Assembly: GCF_004010195.1 (NCBI RefSeq) | Contig: NC_057719.1 | Span: 10,314,206-10,378,205 of the forward strand | Source of the DNA: Chiloscyllium plagiosum | Taxonomy: Eukaryota | Reading direction: 5' to 3' | DNA: 64,000 bases | Shown here: one piece after another, positions 48,945-61,903 of the stretch | Numbering within the stretch: position 1 is the first letter of the stretch | How the letters are laid out: each line of letters opens with the position of its first letter | Program-made: the position numbers and the translations under genes | The notes under the pieces: model-generated | Database searches by the model: none | What the model was told of the DNA's origin: nothing | The model's input: the letters and a program-made list of their open reading frames with translations, nothing else

Positions 48945-49857
48945 TAATTCCAATTTTCGACCAGTCATTTCGGTGATTGATACAGTTACAATGCACAGCA
49001 TATTTCCTTGTTACTAATATGCTGCTACCTGTTTGACAGAAAATCTACATTATAACCACCATAAAACAGCAGAACGCCCATCTGTGTACATCCCTCATTA
49101 CAGAATTTATAGGCACCTTTGGGGACAGCTGGTACACTTGCAAACATTCTCTTTTTTTTAAACGAAAAAGGAATTTTAACAACCAAACATTAAACATGCT
49201 ATTCTGATGTAGATCACAGACATCCGCAGATGAGACTAGAATTACCCAGAGATCAAGGATGTAATCACAAAGCATTTGACATTTAATCTTGAACTTTTAA
49301 AGGTGTCATCTGAACCATTCAGGTTGCACCATTATGGTATTCTGTTCAAAAGCACAATTAAATTTTGCACAGCAAGTACTTTGTGCTGATTCATTTCACT
49401 TTCTTTCGAAGCTGAATATCAATGCAACTTCATCTTTTTCAAAATCAGCTGTGTTGAAACCATGTTTCTTTATCAGTAGTGTCCTTATTTTGCAGTTTGT
49501 GAAATAAGGATGCTTGCTACTGAACTGGGAGAAAGCTGCTCAAAAAGGGCTGGTGCTCTCTATGACATCCATTCACCATTCCCAACAAACATTGAGGTGA
49601 AAGGTTACAGGGAGAAGGTAGGAAAACATATCAGCTAGGATCGAATGGTGGAGCAGATTCAATGGGCTGAATGGTCTAATTCTGCTCCTAAATCTTACAG
49701 TCTTCTGGCCAGGCAGCATCTGAGGAGCAGGAGAATCGGGCCTAAGCCCTTTCTCTAGTCTTCTGGTCAGGTCAAGGGGAATTCCTTGCTCTCTCTGCCA
49801 CACTAATGTCGATGAGCAGAATAGGCAGCCAATCATACTGACGTCTTCTTATAGATA

Positions 49858-49952
49858 AGGGCCTGAAGAAGGGCTTATGCCCGAAACGTCGATTCTCCTG
49901 TTCCTTGGATGCTGCCTGACCTGCTGCGCTTTTCCAGCAACACATTTTCAGC
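49858..49952 (+). mobile_element. 95-bp single-arm PLE insertion with intact hammerhead core
   Basis: Perfect 14-bp TSD tcttcttatagata (49844-57, 49953-66); CTGAAGA-A-GGGC(TTAT)GCCC-GAAAC-GTC at 49863-49890. Confidence 0.85.
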
Positions 49953-50284
49953 TCTTCTTATAGATAGCCAGGCATTAAAAGCATTTCAATAATCCATCAC
50001 TTTTGATTTAAATTTACAGTTCGCAAAATAAACAGTTATGTTTGGTTTAAGAAAGAAGTTATACTAAAGATTAAAAACTTTCCTAAAATATAGAATGTTT
50101 TTTTAAAAACATTGATTTTTTTTTATTGAGATATTTAGAAGTATAAACACAATCCTTTCAATTACTTAGCAGCAATTACGAAGTTAGTATGCAATTAAAA
50201 ACCTAGTTTACCTGATTAGTTTAAAGATATTGGGGGGTCGCGGTGGCAGGGAAGAACTCAGCACAAAAGTGGAAGTTCTTATCA

Positions 50285-50388
50285 GATTCTGAAGAAGGGT
50301 CACTGGACTCGAAATGTTAACTCTGCTTTCACTCCACAGCTGCTGCCAGACCTGCAGAGATTTTGCAGCAATTTCTGGTTTTGTTTCT
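50285..50388 (+). mobile_element. Single-arm PLE pLTR fragment
   Basis: ctgaagaagggtcactggactcgaaatgttaactctg...gctgccagacctgc. Confidence 0.6.
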
Positions 50389-50502
50389 CCTCAGCCTATT
50401 TCACTTGAATGTGCAGGGAGGTGGGGGGAAAAAAGGCCTCAACAATGCAACCTCTGTTGAAGCAGAGCATCACTAACAATAGGTTTCACCTTTCCATGTT
50501 AT

Positions 50503-51543
50503 TATAAGACCATAAGACATAGGAGCGGAAGTAAGGCCATTCAGCCCATCAAGTCCACTCCGCCATTCAATCATGGCTGATGGGCATTTCAACTCCACTT
50601 ACCCGCATTCTCCCCATAGCCCTTAATTCCTTGTGACATCAAGAATTTATCAATCTCAGCCTTGAAGACATTTAGGGTCCCGGCCTCCACTGCACTCTGT
50701 GGCAATGAATTCCACAGGCCCACCACTCTCTTGCTGAAGCAATGTCTCCGCATTTCTGTTCTGAATTTACCCCTTTAATTCGAAGGCTGTATCCACGGGT
50801 CCTAGTCTCCTCGCCTAACAGAAACAATTTCCTAGCGTCCACCCTTTCCAAGCCATGTATTATCTTGTAAGTTTCTAATAGATCTCCCCTTAATCTTCTA
50901 AACTCCAATGAATACAATCCCAGGATCCTCAGCCNNNNNNNNNNNNNNNNNNNNNNNNNNNNNNNNNNNNNNNNNNNNNNNNNNNNNNNNNNNNNNNNNN
51001 NNNNNNNNNNNNNNNNNNNNNNNNNNNNNNNNNNNNNNAGTAGTCCATGCTTGTATTCTTTTTTCCAAAGTGCGAGACCTCGCATTTGCTCACATTGAAT
51101 TCCATTAGCCATTTCCTGGACCACTCTCCCAAACTGTCTAGATCCTTCTGCAGCCTCTCCACTTTCTCAGTACTACCTGCATATCCACCTAACTTTGTAT
51201 CATCGGTAAACTTTGCTAGAATGCCCCCAGTGCCTTCATCCAGATCATTAATATATAATGTGAACAGCTCCGGCCCCAACACTGAACCCTGGGGAAAACC
51301 CCTTGTCACCGGCTGCCATTCTGAAAAAGAACCTTTTATCCCAACTCTCTGCCTTCTGTCAGACAGCCAATCATCAATCCATACCAGTAGCTCACCTCGA
51401 AACCATGGGCCCTCACCTTGCTCAGCAGCTTCCCGTGTGGCACCTTATCAAAGGCCTTTTGGAAGTCTAGATAGACCACATCCACTGGGTTTCCCTGGTC
51501 TAACCTACTTGTCACCTCTTCAAAGAATTCCAACAGGTTTGTC
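50503..51543 (-). mobile_element. Relatively young CR1 LINE, 5'-truncated, RT domain to 3' UTR (104-N gap at 50935-51038)
   Basis: TNLLEFFEEVTSRLDQGNPVDVVYLDFQKAFDKVPH; GFPQGSVLGPELFTLYINDLDEG...KFTDDTKLGG; LGLYSLEFRRLRGDLLETYKI; frameshifted; tail ataagaccataagacat. Confidence 0.95.
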
Positions 51544-51549
51544 TGAGAA

Positions 51550-51737
51550 TAAAGGTCAGAAGTCACATGACACCAGGTTATAGTTCAACAGGTTTATTGG
51601 AAACCACAAGCTTTCAGAAGGCAAAGGAGCAGTGCACCAAAAGCTTGTGGTTTACAATAAACCTGTTGAACTATAACCTGGTGTCATGTGACTTCTGACC
51701 ATGTCCACTCCAGGCCAACACTGGCACCTCCACATTC
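51550..51737. mobile_element. Short inverted PLE-like element (family C)
   Basis: ggtcagaagtcacatgacaccaggttatagttcaacaggtttattg / caataaacctgttgaactataacctggtgtcatgtgacttctgacc perfect inverted arms. Confidence 0.75.
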
Positions 51738-52159
51738 CAAGAATATGCAGACTCCAAAAGTTCTTGTCATTTTCAGTGGAGGACTGACAGTGAACACCAA
51801 CAGTTTTACAGTTTTTTTCACCACAGAATCTGATTCATTTGCTCGTCACTTTCAAGACAGTGACTAAACTGAACAGAATAATTCTTCAGATGTTCAATGT
51901 GCTCTTTCTACTCTTCTCATTGCAGACTCTTACCATTTCAATCTCTTTCCAAAAAATACTGCACATCAAACTTTTCCTCCAACATTCGGAAGTCTTGTTT
52001 GATGTCAAATCTTCACTTGGGGAAGCTGGCAGCAATGGTAATAAAACAGACTGGGGAAGACAACCCAAGCAGAAAGGCTTCAATATTTTATCCCTGGAAG
52101 TAGTTCAGAACATGTCAATTTAGCGCTCTCCATGGTCCTGTAAAACTGCTGAACTCATT

Positions 52160-52464
52160 GCACGGTGGCTCAGTGGTTAGCACTGCTGCCTCACAGCACC
52201 AGGTTCAATTCCAGCCTTGGGCAGACTGTGTGTGTGGAGTTTGCCCGTTCTCCCTGTGTCTGCGTGGGTTTCTTCCGGGTACTCCGGTTTCCTCCCACAG
52301 TCCAAAGATGTGCAGGACAGGTGAATTGGCCGTGCTAAATTGCCCGTAGTGTTAGGTTTTATTAGTCAGAGGGAAATGGGTTTGGGTGGGTTACTCTTCG
52401 GAGGGTCTGTGTGGACTGGTTGGGCCGAAGGGCATGTTTCCACATTGTAGGGAAACTAATCTAA
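52160..52464 (+). mobile_element. HE1-type V-SINE
   Basis: gcacggtggctcagtggttagcactgctgcctcacagcacc...gtagggaaactaatctaa. Confidence 0.88.
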
Positions 52465-52734
52465 TTGAAACTCCAGTTTATGACGCGCATCACTTAATTT
52501 TATGCATGGGAGCGTTATTGGCATGTGTTGCCTGTCTCTAATTTTGCTTGAACTGAGAGACCATTTCAAGATGCAGTTAAGAGTCAACCACATGACTGGG
52601 CACAGAGAGTTACATGTGCATCAGACCAAAGAAGGGTGGCAGATTTCCTTCTCTTCAGGTCAACAGTGAATCCAATGAATTTTTATGACAACGAATGGTA
52701 ATTTCACAGGGTTGAATCTTACTAGGAATCAGCC

Positions 52735-53155
52735 AATGGGAAAGGTTTGGAGGGATAAGGGCCAACAGCAGGCAGGTGGGACTAGTTTAATTTGGGATTA
52801 TGTTTAGCATGGACTGGTTTGAACCAAAGGGTCTGTTTCTGCACTATATGACTCTATGACCCGAGGGGGCATAGGTTTAAGGTGAGAGGAGATTGATATA
52901 GAAGTGTCCTGAGGGACAACGTTTTCATGCAGAGGGTGGTGCGTGTATGTTATTAGCTGCCAGAGGAAATGCGGGAGGCTGGCACAATTACAATATTCAA
53001 AAGGCATCTGTATGGTGATATGTGAATAGGAAGGGTTTAGAGGGATATGGGCTAAATGCTGGCAAATGGGGCTGGATTAATTTAGTATATCTGGTCGGCA
53101 CGGACAAGTCGGACCGAAGGGTCTGTTTCTGTGCTGTACACCTCTGTGACTCTAT
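52735..53155 (+). mobile_element. Two tandem CR1/HER1 3' ends
   Basis: The tail aagggtctgtttctg...tgactctat occurs at ~52827-52860 and ~53118-53155. Confidence 0.8.
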
Positions 53156-53289
53156 AATTATCCATTTTTGGATAGTTTCATGGATGACTTATCTCTATGA
53201 AGCCCAGAAAGTCTTCCCAAACAGACCTCATTACCTGCAAAGGTCACCACAGTCCGACCACATCGTATGTCTGCTCACTTCTAAGAAAG

Positions 53290-53452
53290 CGATAACCAGC
53301 AGTGATTTAACCTGAGGGTCACTACTCCTCAGGCAAGGGGAGAGGTTGAGAAGGCTGGACCTTCATCTCAACCTCAGCCAGTGTAGGAACTGAGCCCATG
53401 CTGTTGGCATTACTCTGTATTGCAAACCAGCTGTCCAGCCAATCAAGCTAAC
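53290..53452 (-). mobile_element. Unassigned tRNA-like-head SINE (family of 29436-29635)
   Basis: ttaacctgagggtcac...aggggagaggttgagaagg...aaccagctgtccagccaa. Confidence 0.55.
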
Positions 53453-53854
53453 CTCTACATAATTTAAACTTACGTTGACCAAAGAACATGGCAAACCTGA
53501 GCTGAAACATGGATGAGCACACAGCAGTCTGATTTATCTGATAACACCTGATAATGTTCAAGTGACTTCTGCAAGGTTTATGGATAGAATTGCAATAGAC
53601 CTTGCCCCCAGTCTGCTTCTTTCAACCCTGGGTCAACAAACAATAGAACCCTACTGCACAAAAGAAGAATAGGAGTTAAAGGCTATTGGCAAAAGAAACA
53701 GAGCTGACGAAAGGAGATTTTCTTTTTCTTATAAATAGGCCACGTAGATAGGGAACGTCTTTCCTGAAAAGATGACCTCACAATCGTTATGGTCACCATT
53801 CAGATCATAGTATGTACACAGGCACTCTGAGAATTTTAACTGAGCTCCAATCTT

Positions 53855-54135
53855 TTTAGTGCCTTTTCCTCATAACCCCTACTGAAATAATCATCCAATT
53901 CTTCAACTGAATCTGCCTCCACCACTCTTTCAGGCATCGCATGGAGCTGAAAAAGATTTTTCTCACCTTGCATTTGTTTCTTTTGCAACACACTTTAAAA
54001 TGGTGGTCTCCGGTTCTGAAGCTTTTGACAAGCGGGAACAGTCTCTCTCCACCAACTCTGTCCAGACCCCTCATTGTTTTGAAAACTTCTAACAATTCTC
54101 CTCCATGCCTTCTCCTTTCCCAGGAAAGACAGTCG
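53855..54135 (-). mobile_element. CR1 LINE fragment
   Basis: LEVFKTMRGLDRVGGERLFPLVKSFRTGDHHFKV. Confidence 0.75.
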
Positions 54136-54499
54136 TAACTTCCCCAGACTTACCTGATAAATTACGCGTCCCATCCCTGGAACCAATAATAGAACTAAAT
54201 GGTTGAACCTGAGAAGGGATAAATGCATCAGTAAGACTAGGAACAATGTCCAGTGACTGGTGAATAGACTCCACATGAAGACAGTGTGTCAGGTGTGGAG
54301 GAGATAAAGAAGCCCCAGAATCTATCATTTTCAAAGCCATTTCTCCAGATGGGCGACTCTCAGTGCTGGCACTAAATAGGGTGTCCTCAAACAGACACCA
54401 CAGTCTTCTCTGCCAGAGCAAAAATCCTGATTCTAAACAGGTGGATGACAATCATATTCCAGTGGCTGTCAACGTGATGGCACTGCTCTGTTTCATATA

Positions 54500-54713
54500 C
54501 AATAAAACAAAGAACTGAGGATGCTGGAAATCTGGAACAAAAACAGAAATTGCTGGTGAAACTCAGCAGGCCTGGCATCATCTATGGGGAGAAAGCGGAG
54601 TTGAAAATTTTGAACTTGGTGACTCTTCACCAGACTCTCCTCAAAATGTTAACGCTGCTTTGTTCCCACGGATGCGGCCAGGCCTGCTGAGTTCCACCAG
54701 CAATTTCTGTTTA
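54500..54713. mobile_element. Inverted PLE pLTR-derived element
   Basis: aaacagaaattgctggtgaaactcagcaggcctggc / gccaggcctgctgagttccaccagcaatttctgttt. Confidence 0.7.
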
Positions 54714-55094
54714 AATGTTACGCATAACTGGCTGCTTCCAAGAATCCACTAGGGACCCATTTGGGATGTCCGAATCCTCAACACATAAATGTGTCAAAAT
54801 GATGACCAATGATATTTGTGCCACAACATGCCATTTCATCTTGTTTCCCTTTGATTTGTTCAGTCCTGTACCAACATCATTGGCCTCCAATTGAGACTAT
54901 ACACACAGGGTCACTGGACCCACAACATTAACATTGATTTCTCTTCACAGATGCTTCCAGACCTGCTGAGCTTTTCCAGCAATCTGTTTTCCTTTCTGAT
55001 TTCCAGCATCTGCAGTTCTTATGATTTTTATGTACTCACACCATGTTGAGAGCATTATGTCAGAATGTGGCTGACTTCATCAATAGAAATAGAA

Positions 55095-55600
55095 ATAGGA
55101 AAGATATTGTTAAACCTGAAAGGGGTAGAAAATATTTACAAGGATGTTGCCGGAGTTGGAGGGTTTGAACTATAGGGAGAGGCTGGATATGCTGGGGCTA
55201 TTTTCCCTGGAGCATCAGAGGCTGAGGGATGACTTTATAGAGGTTTATAAAATCATAAAGGGCATGGATAGGTGAATAGTTAAGGTTTTTTTTTCCCCAG
55301 GATAGGGAAGTCCAAAACTGGAGGGCATAGGTTTCAGGAAAGATTTAAAAGGGACCGAGCGGGCAGTTTTTTCATGCAGAGGGTGGTGTGCGTATGGAAT
55401 GAGCTGCCAGAGGAAGTGGAGGAGGCTGGTATAATTACAGCATTTGAAAAGCACCTGGATGGGTATATGAAAAGGAAGGGTTTAGAGGGATATGCATAAA
55501 ATGTTGACAAGTGGGACTAGATTAATTTAGGGTACCTGGTTGGCATGGATGAGTTGGACTGAAGGATCTGATTCTGTGCTGTACAACTCTATGACCATGA
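55095..55600 (+). mobile_element. CR1/HER1-type LINE 3' fragment
   Basis: tttacaaggatgttgcc...gcgtatggaatgagctgccagaggaagtgg...gtacaactctatgac. Confidence 0.9.
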
Positions 55601-56489
55601 CTAAATTGATTGCATTTGTGCAAGTCATTTGCAACCATGAGAGTCACATCATAGAACTCTGTGCCAGATATTCTGGGAACTGTCAGGGCACCAATATCCT
55701 TGATCACTCTCAGACCCCTGGTTCATTTCAAAGGTCCAATGCCAAATGAGCACGTTTACGGGGAGGAATGGGCTGCCCTTTGTTGCTTTACACAAACCCC
55801 TGACTGAGGTGTAAAATCAATGGAATGCAGCCCATTCTTTGACCAGGGCTATCAGAGAACCGACGATATGCCTCCTGAAAATGAGTTCCCGACGCTGGGA
55901 TCAGTCTGGGACAAGCCTTGTACCACTTTCCAGACAGAATGCGCTGCATCATTTTTGCATACTGTGTTCTGCACAACTGAGGTCAGCAAAGAGGGCACGC
56001 GATAGTAAAGAGTGAGGAAAAAGCAGGGGAAAGATCACCATCGCTAAAACAGAGCAGGACCAGAACAGGCAGGCGTTTGGTGAAACTCACTTCCAATAGA
56101 TCAGAGTTGGATGAAACCACCCTTTTATTGACTGGAACTGCCCCTGTTTAGTCCCAGAACTGAGTGCAGCTTCTTTGTGTATTCTTTCTTTGTTCTTCGT
56201 GTTGCTTGATAAAAGTTACAGTTAACATCTGTCTGAAAGTTTTACAACAGGTGATGACTTGACATCCAACAATGACAAGATGTTATGCTCTGTTGGTTAT
56301 TACAGAAAGAGTTGCACTCCTTCAGATAGGATTCTAACATGGTATGAACTAAGAATGGATAGTCTCTGTAGCTTCATTCTTGTCACTGCAGTTACAATGT
56401 CAGCTAATCTGACATGATTATATAATATTGTAAAATAATTATAAATGTGATCTTCCATTTCCAGTGAAGTGTCACCTATTCTATCTACA

Positions 56490-56737
56490 TTGCCACATTG
56501 CTATGGGTCTGGAGTCACATGTAGGCCAGACTAGGTAAGGATAGCAGTTTCTTTCCATAAAGGACTTTAGTGAACCAGATGTGTTTTTCCTGACAATTGG
56601 CAATGGATTCATTAGACTCTTAATTCCAGATTTGCATTGGATTCAAATGCCACAATTGGCTGGGATTCAAACTCAGAACATTTTGTTGGTTCCTGGATTA
56701 GCAGTCCAGTCATAATACGACTAGGCCACTGCCTCCC
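56490..56737 (-). mobile_element. SacSINE1-like SINE
   Basis: ccacattgctatgggtctggagtcacatgtaggccagactaggtaaggatagcagtttc. Confidence 0.7.
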
Positions 56738-58127
56738 CAGAGTATCCCTGAAAGATTTTCTTTCTCGTTTCCCTCCCAGTACATCTACCGCGAAGAGCTA
56801 TTCTTGGCTGGCAGCATTTAACCTGATACACAGCTGGGCTTCAAAGAAAGCCTTCCATTTCTGGTTGAGGTCTGATGCTTACATAATGAGGTAAGCAGAG
56901 AACTACTTCAGAAAACTCTCACTAGAGCTCACTGTCCATAAAGGTCCCCAAGACAGAAACGTAGCCAAATTCTAATTGCATTCACTGACTCAGTACACTG
57001 GCAAGTTATGCCTATAGAACTGGAGGAGGAAAAAACACTGAAATACAAACAACTAATGAAAATATGTGATAAGATCCCCTGTGATGTTGCTCGTATTCAT
57101 GGGAAGGCATAGGAAGGCTTCTGAGAAATTGCATGCAATTGCAATTAAGCAATTATTAAGTGGGCTTTTAAATACAAAATTGTGCATGGCATGGATGCAA
57201 TAGAAATGTGTGACACACCACAGGCATAACAATGTATTGATGCAGATTTGTGGCAGTAATGTCAGTAAGACACAAAAGACCAGAAGTTGCTGTCAGTATT
57301 CTATTCATTTGTAGATGGTGCGCAGACATCCCAAATCCCTATAGCCTCAGCCACCACCCCATTTGACTGCACTCAATTAGAAATTACTGAATTGACAGAA
57401 ACTTTCCATCTTACCCTAATAGCCTTGCTGTAAAGAACTCTGAAGAAGTTACACTGCCTTGAATGAGATGTAATTGGATTTTAAATAGCTTTCTATGTGT
57501 ATAATTGCTGCTGCACTGCCTCATTGGCCTGAATAACTAATTTGATATTTTACAAAATTTCAAATTTCTCCAAACTGATGAAAATAAAACATTTTTAAAA
57601 CAGTTCAACTTCTAACTTAATTCTATTTTGTTTATTTAATTCGCTATAAAATTTTGAGTAAAGAAGAAAAATTCAATGGGTTTTTACTCCCTGGTTTGAC
57701 GACTATGAGAGTACTTCAATGTGGTTGATTGTTAATCTAGTTTGCTATCATCATTGCTACTGCATGCCTGGAGGTCCTCTTGACAGCACTAGATTGCAAT
57801 TGGCATCAAGAATAATCCTGCAACAGAAAGATTATTAGAACTTTGTGGACAGCTGACTTTGCAATCAAGAGAAAGCAAAACTACTTTGCTATTAGCTTGG
57901 AAATCCATGCCAATAACAGAATCAATAAATTTAATCTCTTGTGTTGAACATGCCATCTTAAATGTTAAACTTTGGTACACAACTTGGTAAGTAATTCCAT
58001 CCACTGTTGATTGAAGGTAAGCCATTTATTAAATAGATTTGGTATTTCAAATAACAAAATAGACAGGTTTGGAGAAACAAAAATTGTAGTTTGAGCACAA
58101 ATGTAAATAATTCTGGGTTAAAATATT

Positions 58128-58146
58128 CTCTCCAGCAGATGGCAAT
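58128..58146 (+). promoter_or_regulatory. Candidate CTCF site
   Basis: CCAGCAGATGGCA (58132-58144) fits the CCASYAGRKGGCR core, in unique AT-rich sequence. Confidence 0.3.
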
Positions 58147-59594
58147 GTATTTTCAATTTATTATCAAGTTTACTGTTTCAGCTAGTTTTTTTATAACTAC
58201 TACAATCAGGATTCCAGAAATTTCTTTCACAGAAAAGGATGCTAAAATAAGCAGCAAAAGTTAGCATTTCATATTAATTTCTGTGTCAGTAAGACATCAA
58301 TATGTACAGCAGAATTTCACAAAGTTTCAGTTCAGCTAGGTTATGCTCAATGCATTAAGTGAAGTTCAGCATCTATTACTGGAATTTCTCCTGTAGATTT
58401 GAATTTCTAGTTTTTTTGTTGCATTAGGAATATCAAGAAATTGTCCTAACATGGTCATCCAATTCATTGCTGCTGGCAAGATCTTGCAGTATCCCTCATA
58501 ACGCTGATGAATAAATTTAATGTGATGTGCTTTAATAAAGTTGAATGATGTAATCACATTCATTTTCAGTTCTCTGCCTGAGGGCAGGTCTTTGGCAATT
58601 GCACACCAAACCACATCAATTTTTTTCATACAGGTAGGGAGAGGAGATAGGCCCCAAATCTAGCACAGCTGGAATAAGGATTGAACCCTGCATTGTTCTT
58701 GCTAATTTAATAGCATGTACCACTTGTCAGGAAAACTGAGCTAACAAGCCCCCGAGCACCATATATATGAATGCAGGGTTTTTTTTGACAAATTTGCAGG
58801 TAAAATCATTAAAGTTCTCGCTTTGCAATATGCCTTTTCACAATCAGGTGATGAAAACATAACCCTCATTAACCTCAATCTCATTTTATTCTTGCCTGTA
58901 TAATGCAGATGAGCTGCAATGCTTACTGCAGTTTTAACAATAAGAAAGAACAATAGTCAAGTTTTCATTCAATCCAATTAACATTAGAATCTGGATGTAA
59001 ATTAAAGAGATGAGTATTCAGCAATATATTTTGATTTTGATTTTTCAGATAATGACTTTGAAGCAATATGCAGTGCTCAAGCACAATAGCAGCAGTTAAA
59101 CACAGTCAGGCAAAGATCTGAGATAGATACATTTTTGTTTAGCAAAGGTATTGTGGGGTGTGGACCAACCATGACCTCAATGAATGGTGAAGCAAGCTAA
59201 AGGGGCTGAATGGCCTTTTAATGTTCCTATGTGTTCTCCACTCCTCACCCCCATCAAATGCAAAAGTTCCCATAATCTACGAGGACAATAGGGGCTGCTC
59301 TCTTCTCTTTAGAGAGAGAGAAGCAACTGGTGGTGGTTTAACCTCAGAGTGAATATGCAAGGGGAGACGTTGAGACCTTTATGGTGAACTCAGTTACTAT
59401 GGGAACAGAATTTGCACTGTTGGTGTAAATCTACATTGCAAAATCACAAAACAGCCATCCAACTAACTAAGCTAATCTAAGGACACAGTATGCTAAAAAT
59501 GCAAGTTTTAAATTAATAATGGGATACATTTTGCAATAAAAAACATCATGGTGAATGCTGTCATAAATAAGTAAATTAGCCAACAACTTAGCCA

Positions 59595-59748
59595 TAGAAT
59601 CATAGAGTTGTACAGTACAGAAACAGACCCTTCAGTCCAACTCTTCCATGCCGACCAGATATCCTAAACTAATCTAGCCCCATTTGCCAGCACTTGGTCG
59701 AAACCCTTCATATTCATATACTCATTAAGATGCCTTTTAAATGTTGTA
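59595..59748 (-). mobile_element. CR1/HER1 3' terminus
   Basis: catagagttgtacagtacagaaacagacccttcagtccaactcttccatgccgaccagatatcc. Confidence 0.8.
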
Positions 59749-60159
59749 AGTATGTAGCAACAGCTTGGCAATATGTGACTGTGAAAGCCTACAATTTGCT
59801 GGCAGATTTGTGGCACTCTATATCATTAGCTTTGTGAAAACAATGGCTCACTCTATTGGTCTCCCAATGTTTTAATGAATTATTGCATGTTCGTAACCCC
59901 CGAACGTCTCTTTGACTTAACTTCATTTCCCAAGAATCACATCAACCACTCAACTATTCAGTGTCTGAACTGAGGACAATCAAAGACATTGTTGGCTATG
60001 GTGGGGATATCACATCACCCACTAATGCAGGGACTGCCAGTGTATGCTCCTTCCAACAGTGGCACTTTCCTGTGTTCACACAGCCCTTCACATGTGGAGT
60101 TTGGCAGCAAGTCCTTCAGTCTCCCTGGTTTCTGAAGTCAATCTAGTCTGAAATGATTT

Positions 60160-60510
60160 TTTTTTATTATTCATTGATGGGATGAGTACATCATTGACCA
60201 GCATTTATTGCCCATCCTTAAATGCCCAGAGGGCAGTTGAAGGTCGACCACATTTCTGTCTGGAGTCAGTTGTAGGCCAGACCAGTTAAGGACGGCAGTT
60301 TCCTTCCCTGAATGACAGTAGTGAGCCAGATGGGTTTTCCCCCACACTTGCCAATGGATTCAGGGTCATCATTCGCCTCATAATTCCAATTTTGTTTTAG
60401 TGATTTCAAATTCAATTGGCCATGGCAGGATTTGAACCCACGTCTCCAGGACATCACCAATTCCTCTGGATTAATTGTCGAGTGGAAATACCGCTAGGCC
60501 ATCATCTCCC
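60160..60510 (-). mobile_element. SacSINE1-like SINE
   Basis: ccagcatttattgcccatcctt...ccagagggcagttgaag...gatttgaaccc. Confidence 0.7.
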
Positions 60511-60754
60511 TTATCTGTGGGTCCTTCATGGCCCACAAAGCAACACGCATCATCTCCAGCATCATGATGAAGCCACTGTACTGTCAACCATCTTGGCTAG
60601 TCTGAAGGAAGAACAGCTCAGCTCATGCAATAATCTTGTTGCTTTTATCTCACTTGCATGGCCCTAAATATTTCTTTTAGCTTCACCTGCTGGGGATGAG
60701 TTAGTCTGATTTTAGCGTGATTTTCTGAAATTCCTTTGGGTTTTCATAAGAAAC

Positions 60755-61010
60755 AAAGTCAGGTGAGAGAGGGGTTTTGAAGAGAACGTTTTACCCGGAG
60801 AGTGGTGGGAATCTGAAATGCACTGCCTGGGTGGATAAGAGGCCTGAAGCTTCTTGAAGCAGGAAACCACACAATTTTTTAAACGTATGCGGATGAGCAC
60901 TTGTCAATGTAATGAGCCAAGTGCTGGAAGGTGGGACTAGTGTAGATACGTCAGCACAGTGTAGGTGGATCAAAGGGCCTCTTCTATGCCATGTGACTTT
61001 ATGACTCTAA
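60755..61010 (+). mobile_element. CR1 3' fragment
   Basis: tttttacccggagagtggtgggaatctgaaatgcactgcctgg...tttatgactcta. Confidence 0.65.
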
Positions 61011-61903
61011 TGCCATGCTTGTCATGCCACTGTTGGCTTTTGCAAAGGGGCTCCAGGCAATGGAGAAGCCCCGAAATAACTGAAAATGATCTTGGACTGT
61101 GCCTTGTGGTCACATCCTTCACCGCACACTTTAAGCAGAGGATTCTCAATGTCTTCATTGCTCATTTCATATGGAGCCATTAAACAGACCACAGAGAATT
61201 AAGTCCGGCATCTATCAGTGCAAGTACCATTTTAACAATATGATAACTGTTAAAGACTAATTACCGTCTCCTGCCATAAAGTAAACAAGCGATTTGGGAA
61301 ATAAATGCTTGTCCAGCCAGCAATGTCACATTCCATAAATGAATTAAGGAAAGGCCCCATTCCCTCAGGTTGTGAATTACATTGGAATTTGAGAAATGTC
61401 ACTTTATTTCTTTCTCTCAAATTCATTTCAGCCTCTTTCCTCTCCCTCTTTGTGATCTTTCTTGTTCTTTTTAAATCCCTGTTTCTGCACATGATTTGTT
61501 TTTAAATATGGTAAAAACAATGACTGCAGATGCTGGAAACCAGATTCTGGATCAGTGGTGCTGCGAAGAGCACAGCAATTCAGGCAGTTAAATATGCCCA
61601 CTCTTCCATCTTTGATCTTCCTCTGATTATTTTTCTCGTTCATTCGTGACTGTTGGGCTCAGCACTTATCGTCCGTCCAGAGTTGTCCTTGAGAAGGTGG
61701 TGGTGAGCTGCCTTCTTGAACCGCTGCTGTTCACCTGCTGTGGCTTGACTCCCAATGCCATTAGGAGAGAATTTCATTCATTTCGCTGTCAAAGGAGAGA
61801 CATGCTCTGCCCATTTTCCACCAACGTTCCAGGTGCCCAATTGCCCTCCATGTGTCGCTGTGCATAACTAATCTGGCATGATAGTGGACAACATTCTCCT
61901 AAA

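Noticed and set aside
51886..52123. Overlapping ORFs with a minus-strand donor and a plus-strand acceptor
   Set aside because: Strand and frame are ambiguous and no peptide was recognised; kept only as a weak mention
57789..58025. Stop-free frames on both strands, with a plus-strand GTAAGT donor
   Set aside because: Weak acceptor, no recognisable protein features; compatible with chance
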